A DNA stretch of 62,626 nt, counting the filler, from Dimorphilus gyrociliatus (taxonomy: Eukaryota; Animalia; Annelida): NCBI GenBank assembly GCA_904063045.1. It is 4 parts of 4 records of this genome, joined end to end, with 100 filler letters (N's around TTAATTAATTAA, not from the genome) between each part and the next. Parts side by side here need not be neighbours in the genome. Positions count along the whole stretch, not along the records: positions 27,486 to 54,213 come from CAJFCJ010000103.1; positions 54,314 to 61,115 come from CAJFCJ010000189.1; 2 more parts are not named here. One strand, written 5' to 3'. Of the stretch, positions 46,890 to 61,215 are shown piece after piece; within the stretch, counting starts at the first letter, position 1; every line of letters starts with the position of its first letter. Under the pieces are notes generated by a model. It was not told where the DNA came from. It worked only from the letters and a program-made list of their open reading frames with translations, and made no database searches. The translations under genes and the position numbers were made by a program.

Positions 46890-47060
46890 GGCATGGCTAA
46901 GTTATATAGTGTAGCCCAGTTCTAATTCAATTAGCCATCCTTAAGATTTGGCTAAGTTATAATCTAATTAGTTCTCCTGTTGTGTAGTTCACTTATAATT
47001 CAATTAATCCACAAAAGAGCTGGACTATGTAACATTCTGTAACTAAAGATGAATATCAAT
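46890..47060. repeat. Degenerate relic related to the element 1 LTR, opposite orientation
   Basis: The reverse complement contains ATATTCATCTTTAGTTACAGAATGTTACA, TTAATTGAATTATAA and ATTATAACTTAGCCA, in the same order as in LTR1. Confidence 0.6.
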
Positions 47061-48610
47061 TAGACAACGTACCAATTGTAAAGTGATGATTGACCTCAAA
47101 GTATTCAAACACTCAGTGTTCTAGGTGTCTTAATCTAATCATTGTGGCATCTATCAAAAATAATGAAGAGCAATATGATCTTTGGAAATTTGCTTTGAAA
47201 ATATCTTTTTTTTCACTAAAAAGCATACAAAGTATAGATCACAGTATCCCGTATTTTAATCCATTTAAAACATTTTTCATTTAATCCATTTTTCATACTA
47301 AAATTAAAAAACATGAATCAGTATATTTTAAAACTGGATATAATCTTATTAAACCAGCCGGGCAAATTTCTTGTTCCTCTAATTTGAAAGAAATTTGTAA
47401 TACAGGCATCAAGTCATCTGGAAGAACAATTGCTAAAGTTATATTAAAGAATTTAAATGAAAATGAAAATAGCCTGCCAAAAATGAAAATTCCAAGGTTA
47501 GCTAACATTAAAAGGCAAGAATCAAGGTCAAAGAAGATTTTCAAAACAAGATAAACATTTCTTTTCTCTTAAATTTACCTATCAAAATCAAACTCAGTGG
47601 TTGGCATAAAGCAGAGGGGATTTATATATTGTAAGGCTTCCTTCTAGATATACTTTGCATAACTAGTACTTGTTGTTTACAGGGTAGACATTATCTATTC
47701 ATATGCATATTGCATATTGTACAACTTCTTTTATAGTAATGCTCCAGTTTTATCACAGTTGCATGCAAAACTTAAATAGATTCTGTTAATTACTGAAAAA
47801 ATCTACACTCTTTCCAAGACGGAATCCATTGTTTGTAGTTTCTTGAATTAAGGAAGTGCCAATTACGGTTCAGTAGTTCACAAGTGCTTTTTGCAGTTGT
47901 TGAGCTCAAATGTAACATTTCCAATAGATGTAGTCATCAACAAAACTATAAAGAATAAAGTGACCAAGAAAATTACTGTTAAAAAGGTTTTACCCAGGTG
48001 CTGTTTCACTTGCCAATCCAAAAGGCCTAGCTACAACATTGTATTCAACTATCAATAAAACCATTGAAATGCTATTTATTAAAAACTAGAAGTATTGTTA
48101 AGAAAACTATAGAAAAGAAATGTGGCTTATTCATAGTTTCATTGTTTAATTCTTAATATTTTTCAATATTCAAATCCAGCTTCTTGTACAGTTTAATAGT
48201 AATTTCCTCTTTACAAGACTTTTAAAAGCATCAGCTTCAGAGCCAAGTGCCTTCTGTTAAAAATTCAGTAGATACTTAACTGTTTAATTAATTTGTATTC
48301 TTACTTCGAAGTTCTTCAAAATTTCTGTCTTTATGATAATGAGGATGAAAATTAGAAGGAAACATTCCATTGACCTGATATACAATTAACAGCAATTAAA
48401 GCTCAGACTTTTGAAACAATTTAAACTGTACACAACTTTGTACACTGTCCTACTTCCAAAGAGCATTTTTGGAGATCAGTATAGATCAAGACAGTCAAAA
48501 ATTACTATACAAAATAGTTCATGCATATGGTTCAACAAATTCTATTTAATTATAGACAAATATTATGATTTGCATCTTTAACTTTAAAACTACAGTTAAT
48601 TAATTAATAA

Positions 48611-49495
48611 GCCGTGACTGGGTGAAATTGTACCCATTGAGAGTAAAACCATACCCATTGGTGTTGAATCTGTACCCGTTAGGAGTGAATCTGTACCCAA
48701 TAGGGGTGAATCTCTTGCTATGAACAAGTAAAATTGTTGCTGTTGATACATATGAAAATAAAAAAAAATATGATAATGTATGTATTGAAGAACTATTATA
48801 CTATATGTTAACTAAAGAAAAGAATTGATAATAACAACTAGGGAGTATAAATAAAGGAAGTCTGGATTACTAATTCATCAGCTAATATCCTTCCAAGCCT
48901 ATAATTATCCCAGATTTCAAATATTTTTCTTCTCTATATCATCATATTTTTTTCTCTGATATTTGATAATCTTCTCACAGAGAAGTTTTTCAAAAATACT
49001 AACCAAATCAGCCTCTCTTTTTAATTCATCAATCCACAAATAGAATGATCCTTTTGATTGTACTTTATTATTCATTCTATTGTGCCATCCTTCCATATTA
49101 TTATTAGTCCTTATTGATAATCAAAAGATTGACCAATTCAATGGTTTCCAAGTAGAATTCAAAATTCAAGCATCTTCAAAATATTCCAGCAAGTCTGAAA
49201 ATTTTCTCTTTTCTTCCAGCTGACTCTTCAAGCTAAAAAATGTAGGAGTAATAATAGGTAATAATAGGTAGAAAAGGTAAAGCTATCAACTTCCTCAGAT
49301 CTCTCCAGTCCTCTCCTGAAAAAAACTGGTACTTGTATATCACATGTTTGTTAAAACAAATAAATTAATTATTTCGTTTCTTAATTTTCTCATGTTGACA
49401 GTTAAAACTTCATTCAGGTACAATTTCACCCATCACGGGTACGATTTAACCCCGGTATGATTTCACCCTCAATGGGTATGGTTTCACCCCTATTC
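48611..49495 (-). mobile_element. Deleted MULE derivative
   Basis: Inverted ends CCGTGACTGGGTGAAATTGTACC / GGTACAATTTCACCCATCACGG with subterminal repeats. Internal minus-strand RTNNNMEGWHNR with stops. Confidence 0.75.
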
Positions 49496-50081
49496 AGACA
49501 TACTTCCTCCTTATAAATGATTATTATATTTATTATCTATTTGTGGATGAACTTTAAAGGATTTTCATGAATTGGTAAATGATTGGAAAGAATGAATACT
49601 GTTGGGACGTACAAGAAATTTCTACAATTACCTTACAACAGTGTACACAAAGTTTAATTTTGAAGTGATAGAATGTAATATAAAGCCATATCGTGGGTTT
49701 GGCACTGTGCCAAACATAATTGCACACTAGATAAAATTCACAAAGGCGAAGCCCATTTTTAGTCTTTCATCTAAATGATATAACTTTTGAATAACATATT
49801 ATTATGATATTGAATTCTCTAAGTAAACAATCTATAAATAATGGATTGTTTGAAATTTAAGAGAAGGAGAGCCTATAATACATAGACGTGAAAACTATGA
49901 AGTTAATCTTAAAATAGAAATTGCATTTAGTAAGATAATTTTGAAAAATAGATAGAATTTCTTTAAGTTGAAAAGGGTGTTTTATTTCATAAATTTATCT
50001 AAAAAATTATTTTCATGTTTTATATTTGTAATGTGTTAATTTTTAAACATTTTTTAATTGTGTTTTTACAAGAGTTAGAAG

Positions 50082-53000
50082 ATGAATATTCTCTTTTTAT
50101 GTTTATTTCCTTTTGTTTTCCAATCGAAAATATCTTTGGAAATAATTGAGGATCATATTCAATTTATTATTGGAAGGGTTTATGTAAAAAAAATGGCCAT
50201 TGGTGGAGAAATTCAATCATTTCCCGTTGCTCATGATAGATGTTTAAACATCTATAATGACAAGTTATGTGAACATTTTGGCTATGATAATAACCACTAC
50301 ATTACAAAGAGATGTCAGCATATTACTCAAAATCTAAATTTATCAATTACATTTCATTCATCATATTTTACAATGAAAAGATCTTTTGAATGTTGCAAAT
50401 TGTTGTATTTTAAATTTTTAAACATTTTAAGAAATTTTTTTGATCATTTTTTCATTATTTTTAGATCCTTTTCAAAAAATTTAGTAAAAGAGAGAAAATA
50501 TTTTCTCTGTGTAAAATGCTTTAAAACCTCTATTCCATGTTAAATTTTCTCTTCTTTACATAGCTGTAATGATTTTATTCTTACAATTAATTTTTCTTTT
50601 TGTTTCCCTCATCAGATTTATTTGGAAATCAAATTTCGAAAAAGAAATTTTTGATCTTTCATCGACTGAAAAAGAAATCTTCGCTCTTAATTGGTAATAG
50701 AAATTTAACTAGTGAACAGTGTGAAAGTGTTCAATATTTAAAATACTACAAGAATTTTGTTACAAAAACATATCAAAAGTTTATATCATTTGAAAAGAAA
50801 GTACTTTATACAATAGCATGGAAATATGACAAGAAGTTAGCTAATCTGTCATGTGACTTTAAAGATATTAAAGGTACCTAAAAACCATTAAGGGAATTCT
50901 TGAAGTAAAACATTCCAGATTCTAACAGACGCAACAATCTTGTTACGAAATTCATCAGTTGGAGAAAAGAAACCCAAAAATATTTTTACTATTATCAATC
51001 TTAAAATCTCATCCAAAACATACGGTGTAATGATTCTAGCAGTCTTAATAATGCATCAAGAAAAAGAGCGTATTATTGGAAACCATATTTGTAGAAAATA
51101 TAATCTAATCTCTTCTCCAATATCTGGAAAATCTGGAATTGCAGATAACTATAATGTAAATGTTTTAATATAGGTTTTTTTGGAATAATCATCTGTAGCT
51201 TTCTATAGAAAAATCGTTGCAAGATATACATCAATAATGATCCTTTTCAGGTAAGAGAAACAGAACTGAAAGAATTATTTAAAAAGACATTGGTAGAAAA
51301 AGGATTGTACGAAAAATATTGTCTATGTGAAATCTGTTTATAAAGTATAAATATTTTGTATATTACAGCATTTGAATTTTAACAGGATATTATATTGGAC
51401 AATTGTGATTGGTCAGATGAGTATTTGTTTGGATGTGAATATGGTGAATATTCTGTTGGTTTTTACATCTCAAAAGTGGCTTGTGAACCTAATCTCGATT
51501 TTAAAGGTTTCATAATATTAAAATGGCTCCTTTTGACATTGAAAATATAATGACAATATTTTTTAGAAAATAGTTTTAGATTAAGCAGTCCAACTATTAA
51601 TTATTATCAAAATGACAGTTTAACAGATAAAAAAGAGTTTTTTGGATATCCACAAGTATTTCAGGGTGGAATGTGGAAAAATTTACTAGCTTTTCAAATG
51701 AAATATCATATTCCAAGATTGATCTGCAAATATTTTGGATCAGAAGATGGCTACCTATATTTACTACCAACAGCAATAGAACATAAACTACAATTATATT
51801 TGTCATTAGAAATTACTTGTAATATTACTGCTCAATATTTAAAGGATTGTCAAATTACCACACCACTTTATTCAGGGCTGTCAGTGGAGTGAAATTTTTT
51901 TATTTTTTTTCAGTTTTTAATTTACAATTATTATCTTCAACAGTTTTAAAGATTCAAAGTTATCTGATGTATCACAAGCATTTACCTTGAGTTGTTCACA
52001 CAAAGCATCAATGGGTAACAACTCGGTAGAGTTTGTCTATAAAAAACACAAAAAATCCATTCAATTCCATTAGATTGTCCTTTGAAAGACTCTATCAAGA
52101 TTTCATATATATGCTATACAATTTTTAAAAATCCAATAAGTTTGTCTCCTTTATCAATGAGAAAGAAATGCCTGGAAAAGAATTTAACTCTTATCGACGA
52201 AACGTTCCAGTCTTTTTCGAATATTTACATGTTCCTTTTGCTCCATTTTAAAATCTTAACGTATGATAAAAACTTTCCAAGTCATCTGGAAAATATATTC
52301 TTCACTGGTAAAAACAAAACAGAAATTTCAACTGGAACAGAATTATTAAAATATTAAAAATTGTTTTTTTTTCTTTCAAGATAACACTGAAGTTGATGGA
52401 ATATCACAAAATATAAAATTTATAAGAACTTCTTCAAACCTACCATATGATTTTACAACATTAATTTCAGACGGATTTCATGGAAGTAAGTTGGAGAAAA
52501 TAGATTTTGATGTCTTCATGGTGTTGTTTTTTATTTGAAGCATTTTAAATAGCTAACTAATTGATAGATCTCAACAAAAACAATCAAGAATTATCTATTT
52601 TAAATCCATATCACAAATGTTTTATAATTATGGAAAGACTTGATAATGTTTTTAGGCTAAAGATGGCTGAAATAGAAATACATAAGAAACCAATTTCTTG
52701 TATAATGCTTACTTCAAAATATTACACTTGTCAAACTATTTTAAGTAAAATTAACTAAGCATTACTTGTCTTTTAATTAAAGGAAAACATTCTTTTCATC
52801 TTTTGAAACAAAATAAAAAAATAATAGAAAAAAAAAGATATTTTTCCCAATCAATTAATGAAAGTTCATTTTATAATTGCCCAAATAATAGTTTTCACTG
52901 TACATTGGATAATATTTGTATAAGTCATTTGCAAGTTTGTGACAATAATAAAGACTGTCCAACTGGTGGAGAAGATGAATTCAATTGTACAATTAGTTTC

Positions 53001-54213
53001 AATTTTACTTGTTTAAATTTATCTAAACATTTCAATATACTATTTCAATTTGTTTGCAATTATAAATTTGATTGCTTTGATGGCTCTGATGAAAAATATT
53101 GCTATTCTAATCAAAGTTCTTTTCTCATTAAACTCTATACAATTAATTTTAAATTTTTATTAAATATGCAACTTTTTTATGTAGATCATTCTACTCAATT
53201 AGGATTTTTGAAAAGGTAAAAATTGATTTTATCTTTAAGCTGAATTGAATAGAAAGCAAATGTTTGTTATGCAGGTGCGACGAATGGAGATATTTAGAGA
53301 AGGAAAAATTTTGTGACAACCAATGCAATTGCTTTGATAAAACTGATGAAGAATGTAATGAATATTTGAATCCTGAGAATAAGAAAATTGAAAGTAATCT
53401 TATAACTGAATTGACACTTTTTGTATATTTTCTTTAAACATTTAAAAATAAGGTTGTAGATTAGATACTCAGATTAAATGCTTAGATTATTGCTTACCTT
53501 TGCATATGAATTGTGATAAATTAATTCATTGTCCAGATGGATCTGATGAAACATCTTGTAGGCAAATGATGAAAACTTTTATCAAGTAATTTTAATCAAA
53601 TAGCTACATTTATCTGAGTAGAATTAGATAGACAAATTTCAAATGTTGTTAGAGTGAAAAGTCCAAATTATACTGCAATACTATCTCCAAAGAAAAAATG
53701 TCATTTGATCTATAATTCTTTTGGATACTTAGAAACCAAAATTCATGATCCACGCTATCCATTTGGAATATTCAACTGTAACAAAAAATTCTGCCCTGGT
53801 GGATTCTTATGCACGGAACATAAATTTTGCATTTCAATAGAAAATGTTTGCGATGGAATTAATCACTGTTGGAGTAATGAAGATGAATTCAATTGCAGTA
53901 GACTTTAAACATCTCCAATTTAGAGAATTTGTATATATCTTTCTTTTAGGCAATTTTCATCCAAGAGGATTTTTCAAATGTCAATTTGAAAAAAAATATT
54001 TAAATTTGAATAAAATTTGCGATGGCATTGTGCATTGTAAATATGGAAATGATGAAATATTTTGTCCAAAAGAAATTATTGAATGCCCAAAATTTTGTAG
54101 TTGCTATCCTGTATATTTATGGAATTGTTCTACTTTTTTTGATATTACTGCTGTATTGAAATCTCCAATTGAAAGGCGTATGATAGATTGGTTGAAATAT
54201 CTAATCATTTATA
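50082..54213 (+). CDS. Second SRCR-like / CTL-like / LDLa gene (GRL101-like paralog), truncated by a gap
   Basis: Signal MNILFLCLFPFVFQS; LCEHFGYD; CYTIF..C lectin-like; LDLa CDNNKDCPTGGEDEFNC etc.; LRRNT CPKFCSC. The 7TM region is not visible. Confidence 0.72.
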
Positions 54214-54313
54214 NNNNNNNNNNNNNNNNNNNNNNNNNNNNNNNNNNNNNNNNNNNNTTAATTAATTAANNNNNNNNNNNNNNNNNNNNNNNNNNNNNNN
54301 NNNNNNNNNNNNN
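54214..54313. other. Assembly gap
   Basis: N44-TTAATTAATTAA-N44. Confidence 0.98.
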
Positions 54314-56763
54314 AATGAAGAAAAATCATATGGTTTGTTGTCTAAATGAACGGCAATTGATCTATTCCTTCTATTTTTGATGATTTTTAGTTCTGTAGAA
54401 TAAAACTGAATACATTTTGTTTAGTATTAAAAATTTATCTCTACTTCCGGGTAAATCAAAGTATAGGGAATCTGTTTCTGACTGTTCAAATGAGGAAGCC
54501 TCTGATATTAACACTTGTAGATGTGTCAGAAGTTCAAAGCTTTTGAATGAGAGAAAACCCACTGTACTATTTTTCTTTTTGCAAATATTTTCACTATCAT
54601 CAATTGATTTTCTATTTTTGTATTGTATTATCAGAAAACATTGACTTTTAAACAAGAATGCTTCTCTGTTCTCACATACTAAAATAATAGGAGTGATATA
54701 TGTTTTTTTCTTTAAATATATTTTGAAAAGAAATAGTAAGAAATGAAACCTTTGCCATTTTTTAAGCATTTTATTCTAATTTCAATTTGTAGGTATTTTT
54801 GTTTTTCAAAGTTAAAACTATACTTTTCAATTTCATCATTTACATTCACATAACATGAAGATTTAGCATGATTTTTGGATTGAGTACATTTCATTCTTAG
54901 AAAATGATTGCTAAACATATGAAAGTTATTTGAAGAACTGAAAATTTCACCATAATTAAAACCAAATGTTTTACAAAGATGTTGTAATTGATTAAATTTA
55001 AAAGATTCAAATGTTGTTTGAAACCAAATATCTTTATAAAAGATTTGAAAATTTCCAACAAATTGTGTATAATTATGACTTTGGCCATAATTTAAAATAC
55101 TGTAAGGGTTTTTGTAAAGTCTATAGTGAAAATCTGCAAAGATTTCCAACGTAAAAATAATGATTTTGTGTTGAAATACAAGAAAAAAAAACCATTATAT
55201 TTTCTTTCTTCACAAAATAGCAACAATGCTTTGCTTTTTTGCCTAACACTTGTCATTTTGCAAGTAGAGAAATCATTTTTTGTAAAACTACAGTTTGTAA
55301 ATGAAAGTACCTTTTTATAAAAATGGTTACTGATTGTATTACAATCACTGCCATCCTTAAATATATAAGTTTTAAATAAAATGTTGAATATTCTTATTTT
55401 TTTTTACATTTTCCTTGGATGTGACAATTTTATAAGCAGGTCCAGGTATTTTTGATTCCAATTTACATAAAGATGATCCAATATTAAAGCTACTCTCTCT
55501 CAAAGTGAAGAACAATGGAAAATGTCCCAGGGTATTAGAGTTTACCATATAAGATGTTCCAAATGAAAAGACATTACCAAACACAATTTTATGGAAAAGT
55601 TTTGGCATTTTTTCAATCACAAAATCTTTTTTTGTATATGAAAATATTTGAATTTCAGAGAGAATAAATATAAAAGAATTTCTATGTAAACCTTTCAACT
55701 GTTTAAAATTACAAACTACAGTTTGCTTATATAAATTCAGATAAGTTCCATTTTGTCCAGTCATATATGTTACATTTAGCGTTCCATTATAAAGAATGTT
55801 ATATAAAACAGCAAAAGTGTTATTATCCTTGTAAATTTCTAGCTCTTTCTTTTTAAAGAATAAGGCTTGTTCACATAGATTTTCCTTGTTTCCTTTTTGA
55901 TGTGTTGTTAGGTGTATAGTTTTCTCATGAAGTCTCAGATATAGTTGATATTTTAAATGATTTATTATCTCAATGGCAAAGATGACTGTTCAAGGAATTC
56001 AAAATAGAATAATTCTAAAATTGACAGAAAATATCCATTGCTTGGGGTATATTAGAGTCATATATCATAAATTAGAAATTTGTATAGGATGTATTTAAAG
56101 CAACCCCCCTTAATTTTTCCCTTCAGCTAGAGAAGGGAATAAAGTTAGAGTTTTTGGATGTTCTCTGTCATATATATGCTTTTTCTCTTACAAGGTTTAT
56201 GATTCATAAAACATTTTATGCAGAGTAATTGTGAAATGTTACTTGTTTGCTTGTCAATTTTAAACCTTTTGAAGTGAAATATAATTTAATAACAAATACA
56301 AAACACATAAATTTACTTACAATAAAACCTTTTTATAGTAAGCATTAAAAAAAAAAAGTAATTTTTTTTCTGGTGAAATTGAAAAACTTTTCTCTTTTTC
56401 TAGTTTGCTATGTCTACAAATTTGAACAAGATAGTATATTCCATCATAGCCCATTGAACGGCAAATGTTCCTGTAATATTCATTTAAAAATGAGGATTGA
56501 GAAAAGGCTATAAAATTAACCAGTCCACTCTGATTTGTTGATATTTGAATTTTTAATACACCATAGATGAAAGTTTCACTTTCTTCTATTTTATGTATTG
56601 AGAAGTTTACATTTCCTTTTGTAATGTCCATTAAAAAAGTTTGTTTATAGTTTGAACAAGACGGTGAAGCTTTTGAAGCAAATATAGAAAGACTGATTAG
56701 AAATCTAGTGAAAACCCAAAAAATTGAATCCATATGGAATTTGATGTTGAAAAGTGCTAACAA
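54314..56763 (-). CDS. N-terminal SRCR-like exons of a third paralog, running into the gap
   Basis: Signal-like FWVFTRFLISLSIFA; GVLKIQ..ICRSMGYDG; GNFQIFYKDIW..LCKTFGFNYG. Confidence 0.6.
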
Positions 56764-57689
56764 ATAATAAGATTCTTGTACACATTGGTATCATATACCA
56801 ATTGTATTGCAATTGCGTTTTGCAGTTCTTTTATGATGATGTAGTCGTAATACAATACAGATATTCAAAAGCATGCAAAAGTTATTTGTAGCCTGTAATC
56901 AGTCGTATTCAATTTGCTAATTGTAATATCATTATTTCAGTTTAGTTGGGGCTAGATGACAAATGGAGTGTAATCATTCATACCTAGTGAAACTACACCT
57001 GAGAGTTAGTCAAATCATATGTATAAGCAGGTGAACAAAAAAAAATACATTATTTATAGTGAAATAATAATAAGGAAAATGTTTTCATATAGAATATAGA
57101 AAAGAAAGAGAATATGAATAAACTACCTGAAGGAAATGACAAAAGAGTGCATTAGGAAAACAACAAAGCATAAGTAGATGATATTTGCATTAATAATTCT
57201 TCAGGCAAAGAATGTGAAGAAAGACTGAAATTCAAAATTTCAAAATAGATAAGAGACGAAGAGAAAAACAGAGAACGAAGGAAAACAAAAGAAATTTTCA
57301 TAGAAATTTTGTTGTACTCTAAAGTGTTTCTTAAAATATTAGAGTCGTGATTTGAGAAGCAAAAAGTGGTAGTAATCTATTCTAGATGTATATATATGTA
57401 GAATTTCTGGCTCATCACAGCAATATTCGTCGGTTCCAATCATTTACCAATCAACTAGAGTATTGGTCCAAATAGGACCATAAAGTTGGTAAACAATTAG
57501 TCTTAATAAATGATATTTTATTGGAAATTTATTAACAAAACACTAATATTCGTCAATTATTGATTAAGAATGAGCTTCTAGTTCTAAGCAAGCGGAATTT
57601 TATTCAAGCAATGTTCATTAATATGTATTCTTAAACGTAAAAAAATTATAGGTATCAAAGAAAATGGGGTTTGGTTTTTTAACCCACTT

Positions 57690-58600
57690 ATGGGTGCGGT
57701 TTAGCCCAGGTACAAAAAAATGGATTCAGTTTAACCTGGCTATGATTTCACCCTATTCGAAGGAATTTAAGATCTAAGATATGTTCACTTTTGTATTATT
57801 CACTTCCATACCCTCTTGTAATTCTGTCAAAACATAGGAACATTCTTTTATTGACAAATTAACTTTTGTTCAACGTCAATGCTCAAGCCTTCAAAACTGT
57901 TCAAATTTATGTTTCAAGTTGAATACTGTGTTGTTAAAAAAATAGAGATATTAAGGATAAGATTGTAATAGGAATCAAATATTTAAGTATCACAAAATGT
58001 ATATAAAAAAAGAACTATGGAGGACAAATGTATGGTGTTTTAATTAATAATTTTTTAGCTAGTAGACTTCCATGTCCATGATTAACTCAAATTTTGAATA
58101 TTTTCCTTTCTATCATATAGTTTTTTTCCTAATACTTGCCAATCTTTTGCTCGGACATGAGTTTTTCATCAATAATAACATAAATCTTGCACTCTCTCTC
58201 TCTCACCAATCAATCAATCTGTGCTCCATTATTACCAAATTATAGATAATCCAAAGATGGATCAATTGGCTGGATTCCAAGTAGAGTTCAAAATCCAAGT
58301 TGTCTCAATATTTAAAAAATGTTTGAGTGATAATATCAGCGTGTAAAAAAGTAGAGAGGTCAGTTTTATTATGTTTGTCCATTTCTATCAAACTATGGTG
58401 GACACTGCAAAATTGAAATTTGTCAATGACTTCAAAAATCAGCTAATAGTTTAAAAGATCTTGATTTTTCTTGTTGTAAGTTGACAAATACTTCTTGGAT
58501 TTACATTGCCATTCTTTTTACCTAGAGATAAACCCCTTTGAAAATAATGAGGACTGTTGCAATAATTTTAATTTTTTTAAAACTGTACTTGAACTATCAT
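57690..58600 (-). mobile_element. Highly degenerate MULE relic similar to 48611-49495
   Basis: Shared subterminal motif GCTATGATTTCACCCTATTC and a TTCCAAGTAGAGTTCAAAAT segment also found at about 49146. Confidence 0.5.
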
Positions 58601-58999
58601 CAAGTTTTGTCAAAGAAGTCGATTGATCTGGTAATAATTGTACATTTAGTGAAAATATCTTTTCAAATATGGGCCCGTAAATTGCAAAGTTTCACTCATA
58701 TTGAATATAAGAAATAATAAGAAAATAAGATTGAATTCAAGCTAATGCCTTCCGGGGATCATTCTTTTTTCAAAGAGTCTTGCAGAACTACAATGTATCA
58801 CCTGCTACACACTATCGCTAAATTCTCTATAAGTCTACCAAGAAATGTTTGGCGTTTGCAAATAGAACATTTTCAATGTTGCCAGTAAACTTGTTCAAGA
58901 ATTTTTAATGGTATTTTAACCCTCTAAGATGATATTGATTAGTCAGTGCAATAGCTTTGGAATGGACGTTCTCATTTAGAATTTCATTCCTATCCATTA

Positions 59000-60447
59000 A
59001 ATTATTTCTGATATATGCAGACGGGTTATATTGGACATTGGAAATATAAGTTTATACGCCGTTTTTCCACTTGATACTAAACAAAGAAAAATATACTTTA
59101 GTGAGAATATGCCAAGATCTTCAGTATGATCCCTTTCATTCGATGGTAGCAAAAGGAGAAAGGGCAGCTTCCTGCATTACCTTATATGCAATTTTACAAA
59201 AATTGCCATTTAAAGAAAGATTTTATGACTGTTTCAAAATCAGAGTGAAGTGTTTGAAAAAGAATATTAAATGTTCTAATTGAAAAATGTGTATATTTGT
59301 TATCATTTCTAATTATTTCGTTTGAAAATCGCAGATATCTTTAGTGGACAAAGAGAAATTCATCATTTCAATATCTATTTCAAGGTGAATAATACAATAT
59401 ACGAAGTGAAGGACAATGATGATGAGAATACAAGAAAACAATTATGTAGCCAAAGTGTATTTTCATTATACAAAGATAAAAAATCATTTATTATTGATAA
59501 AAAGTTTATTATAATAATTCATAAAAACGGAACTGTTGAAAAATATTCAAAATCTTCTCTTTCAAAAATTATAGGCTGTAGTTACCAAGAGTTGAAGGGT
59601 ATTTATAAACTTTTTGTTTTGTCAGAAGATAACATTTTATACAAATTCTCTTTGAAGATTTGAAAATATTACATTCTGTTACGGGATATTTGAAACTTAG
59701 AATAAATGGTGAAAAGTTTGATAGATGTTTACAATTTTCAAATATTCCACAATATTTAAGTAATAAGATCTGTCATCTGATTGGCCATGATAATCTTCAT
59801 TCTCTCATTAAATATTCGTATTTTCGTGAATCTAATGGTTTTGTAGCATACATTCACAGTTTTCATTTCGAGTTAATGTAAGATTGTTCATTTTCTCTTT
59901 GTGTTTTCTTTTCTCTTTGTTCACCTTTTCAAATTTAAAGAATGAGAAGAAATTTTAATTCTACTCGATGCATTTTACTAAAATGCTTTACTGTCAAAGC
60001 AAGTTGTCTGTATCAAAAACACAATTAACAAGGGTTTAGAATAGAAATGTTCATATTTATAGACTTAATTTTAGTACAAATGGATATGATAAACATTTTC
60101 TATCAAAACCTGACTAATTAAATTGTTGTTATTTTATTAAATATCAGATATATTCTCAAAAATGCTCTGCACTGATAAAAACAAAGATATCATGTACGGA
60201 TTGTGGATGAGAAAATATCAGTCAAACTATCGAATTTATACAAATTCCAAAGAGAATAAAAGTCTCTGTTCAAGTTGTCAATTTTTCCTAAAACATTCAT
60301 CTGTTGTTAATCCTCATGATACAATCTTTATAAACAATTCTAACAAACAATCTTTAACTGGTTACACAAAATTTAATTGTACATTTCTCGAAATTCAAGG
60401 TATTTTGTTTGCATATGTATGCGTCTGTGTCTCTCTGTGTCGCTGTA

Positions 60448-60487
<40 letters not shown>

Positions 60488-61115
60488 TATCTATCTCTCT
60501 ATCTATGTCTCTGTCTCTGTCTTTATCTACCTATCTATCTCTGTAGTCAAAATAAAATCACCTCCTTTTTAGATATTCAAGTAAAATTTTTAACAAAGGA
60601 AAGGAATCTCTCTTATGAATTAAATTTGAAAGGAAACATTCAATTTCATTTGTAGAATCCAAAACATATGATTCTCTTTTTCCTATTACGGCAACTTTAA
60701 AAAATAAAAGTATTGTTGATTGTTTGATTCACTCTTTCATTCATGATTCATTTTTCAGCATTCAGATTAAGTAAGAATAATTACTCTATCTATACTTTAG
60801 CACAAAAGGAACAGTACAATTTTTCAATATTTTCTGGAATACCTGAAGTGTTCATAGATGGAATTTGGTTTGGTTTTTACTATCTTTATTACAATGATAT
60901 CATGAAAATTTGTAAATTTTTGGGTTTTAAATACAGTACAATTGTTAAGAATGATTACTATTTGACAAGTTATAATCAAGCAAATCATTTAATTGAGAAA
61001 CTGCACTGCCCTAAAAATTCAACAAGATTTTCTGATTGCAAAATAGGACGGAAGATTTTTAAGTAAGAATGATTTCTATATAAACAATACAACATTTGTG
61101 ACTTTACCCAACTCT
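59000..61115 (+). CDS. N-terminal SRCR-like exons of a fourth paralog, truncated by a gap; start uncertain
   Basis: GYLKLRING..ICHLIGHD; SGIPEVFIDGIW..ICKFLGFKY..LHCP..FSDC. Confidence 0.55.
60420..60545. repeat. Compound (CT)n/(CTAT)n microsatellite, intronic
   Basis: Read directly from the sequence. Confidence 0.9.
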
Positions 61116-61215
61116 NNNNNNNNNNNNNNNNNNNNNNNNNNNNNNNNNNNNNNNNNNNNTTAATTAATTAANNNNNNNNNNNNNNNNNNNNNNNNNNNNN
61201 NNNNNNNNNNNNNNN
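61116..61215. other. Assembly gap
   Basis: N44-TTAATTAATTAA-N44. Confidence 0.98.

Noticed and set aside
60162-60655. ORFs with SLSLSL or LCLSLY tracts as TM segments
   Set aside because: Translation of an intronic microsatellite.
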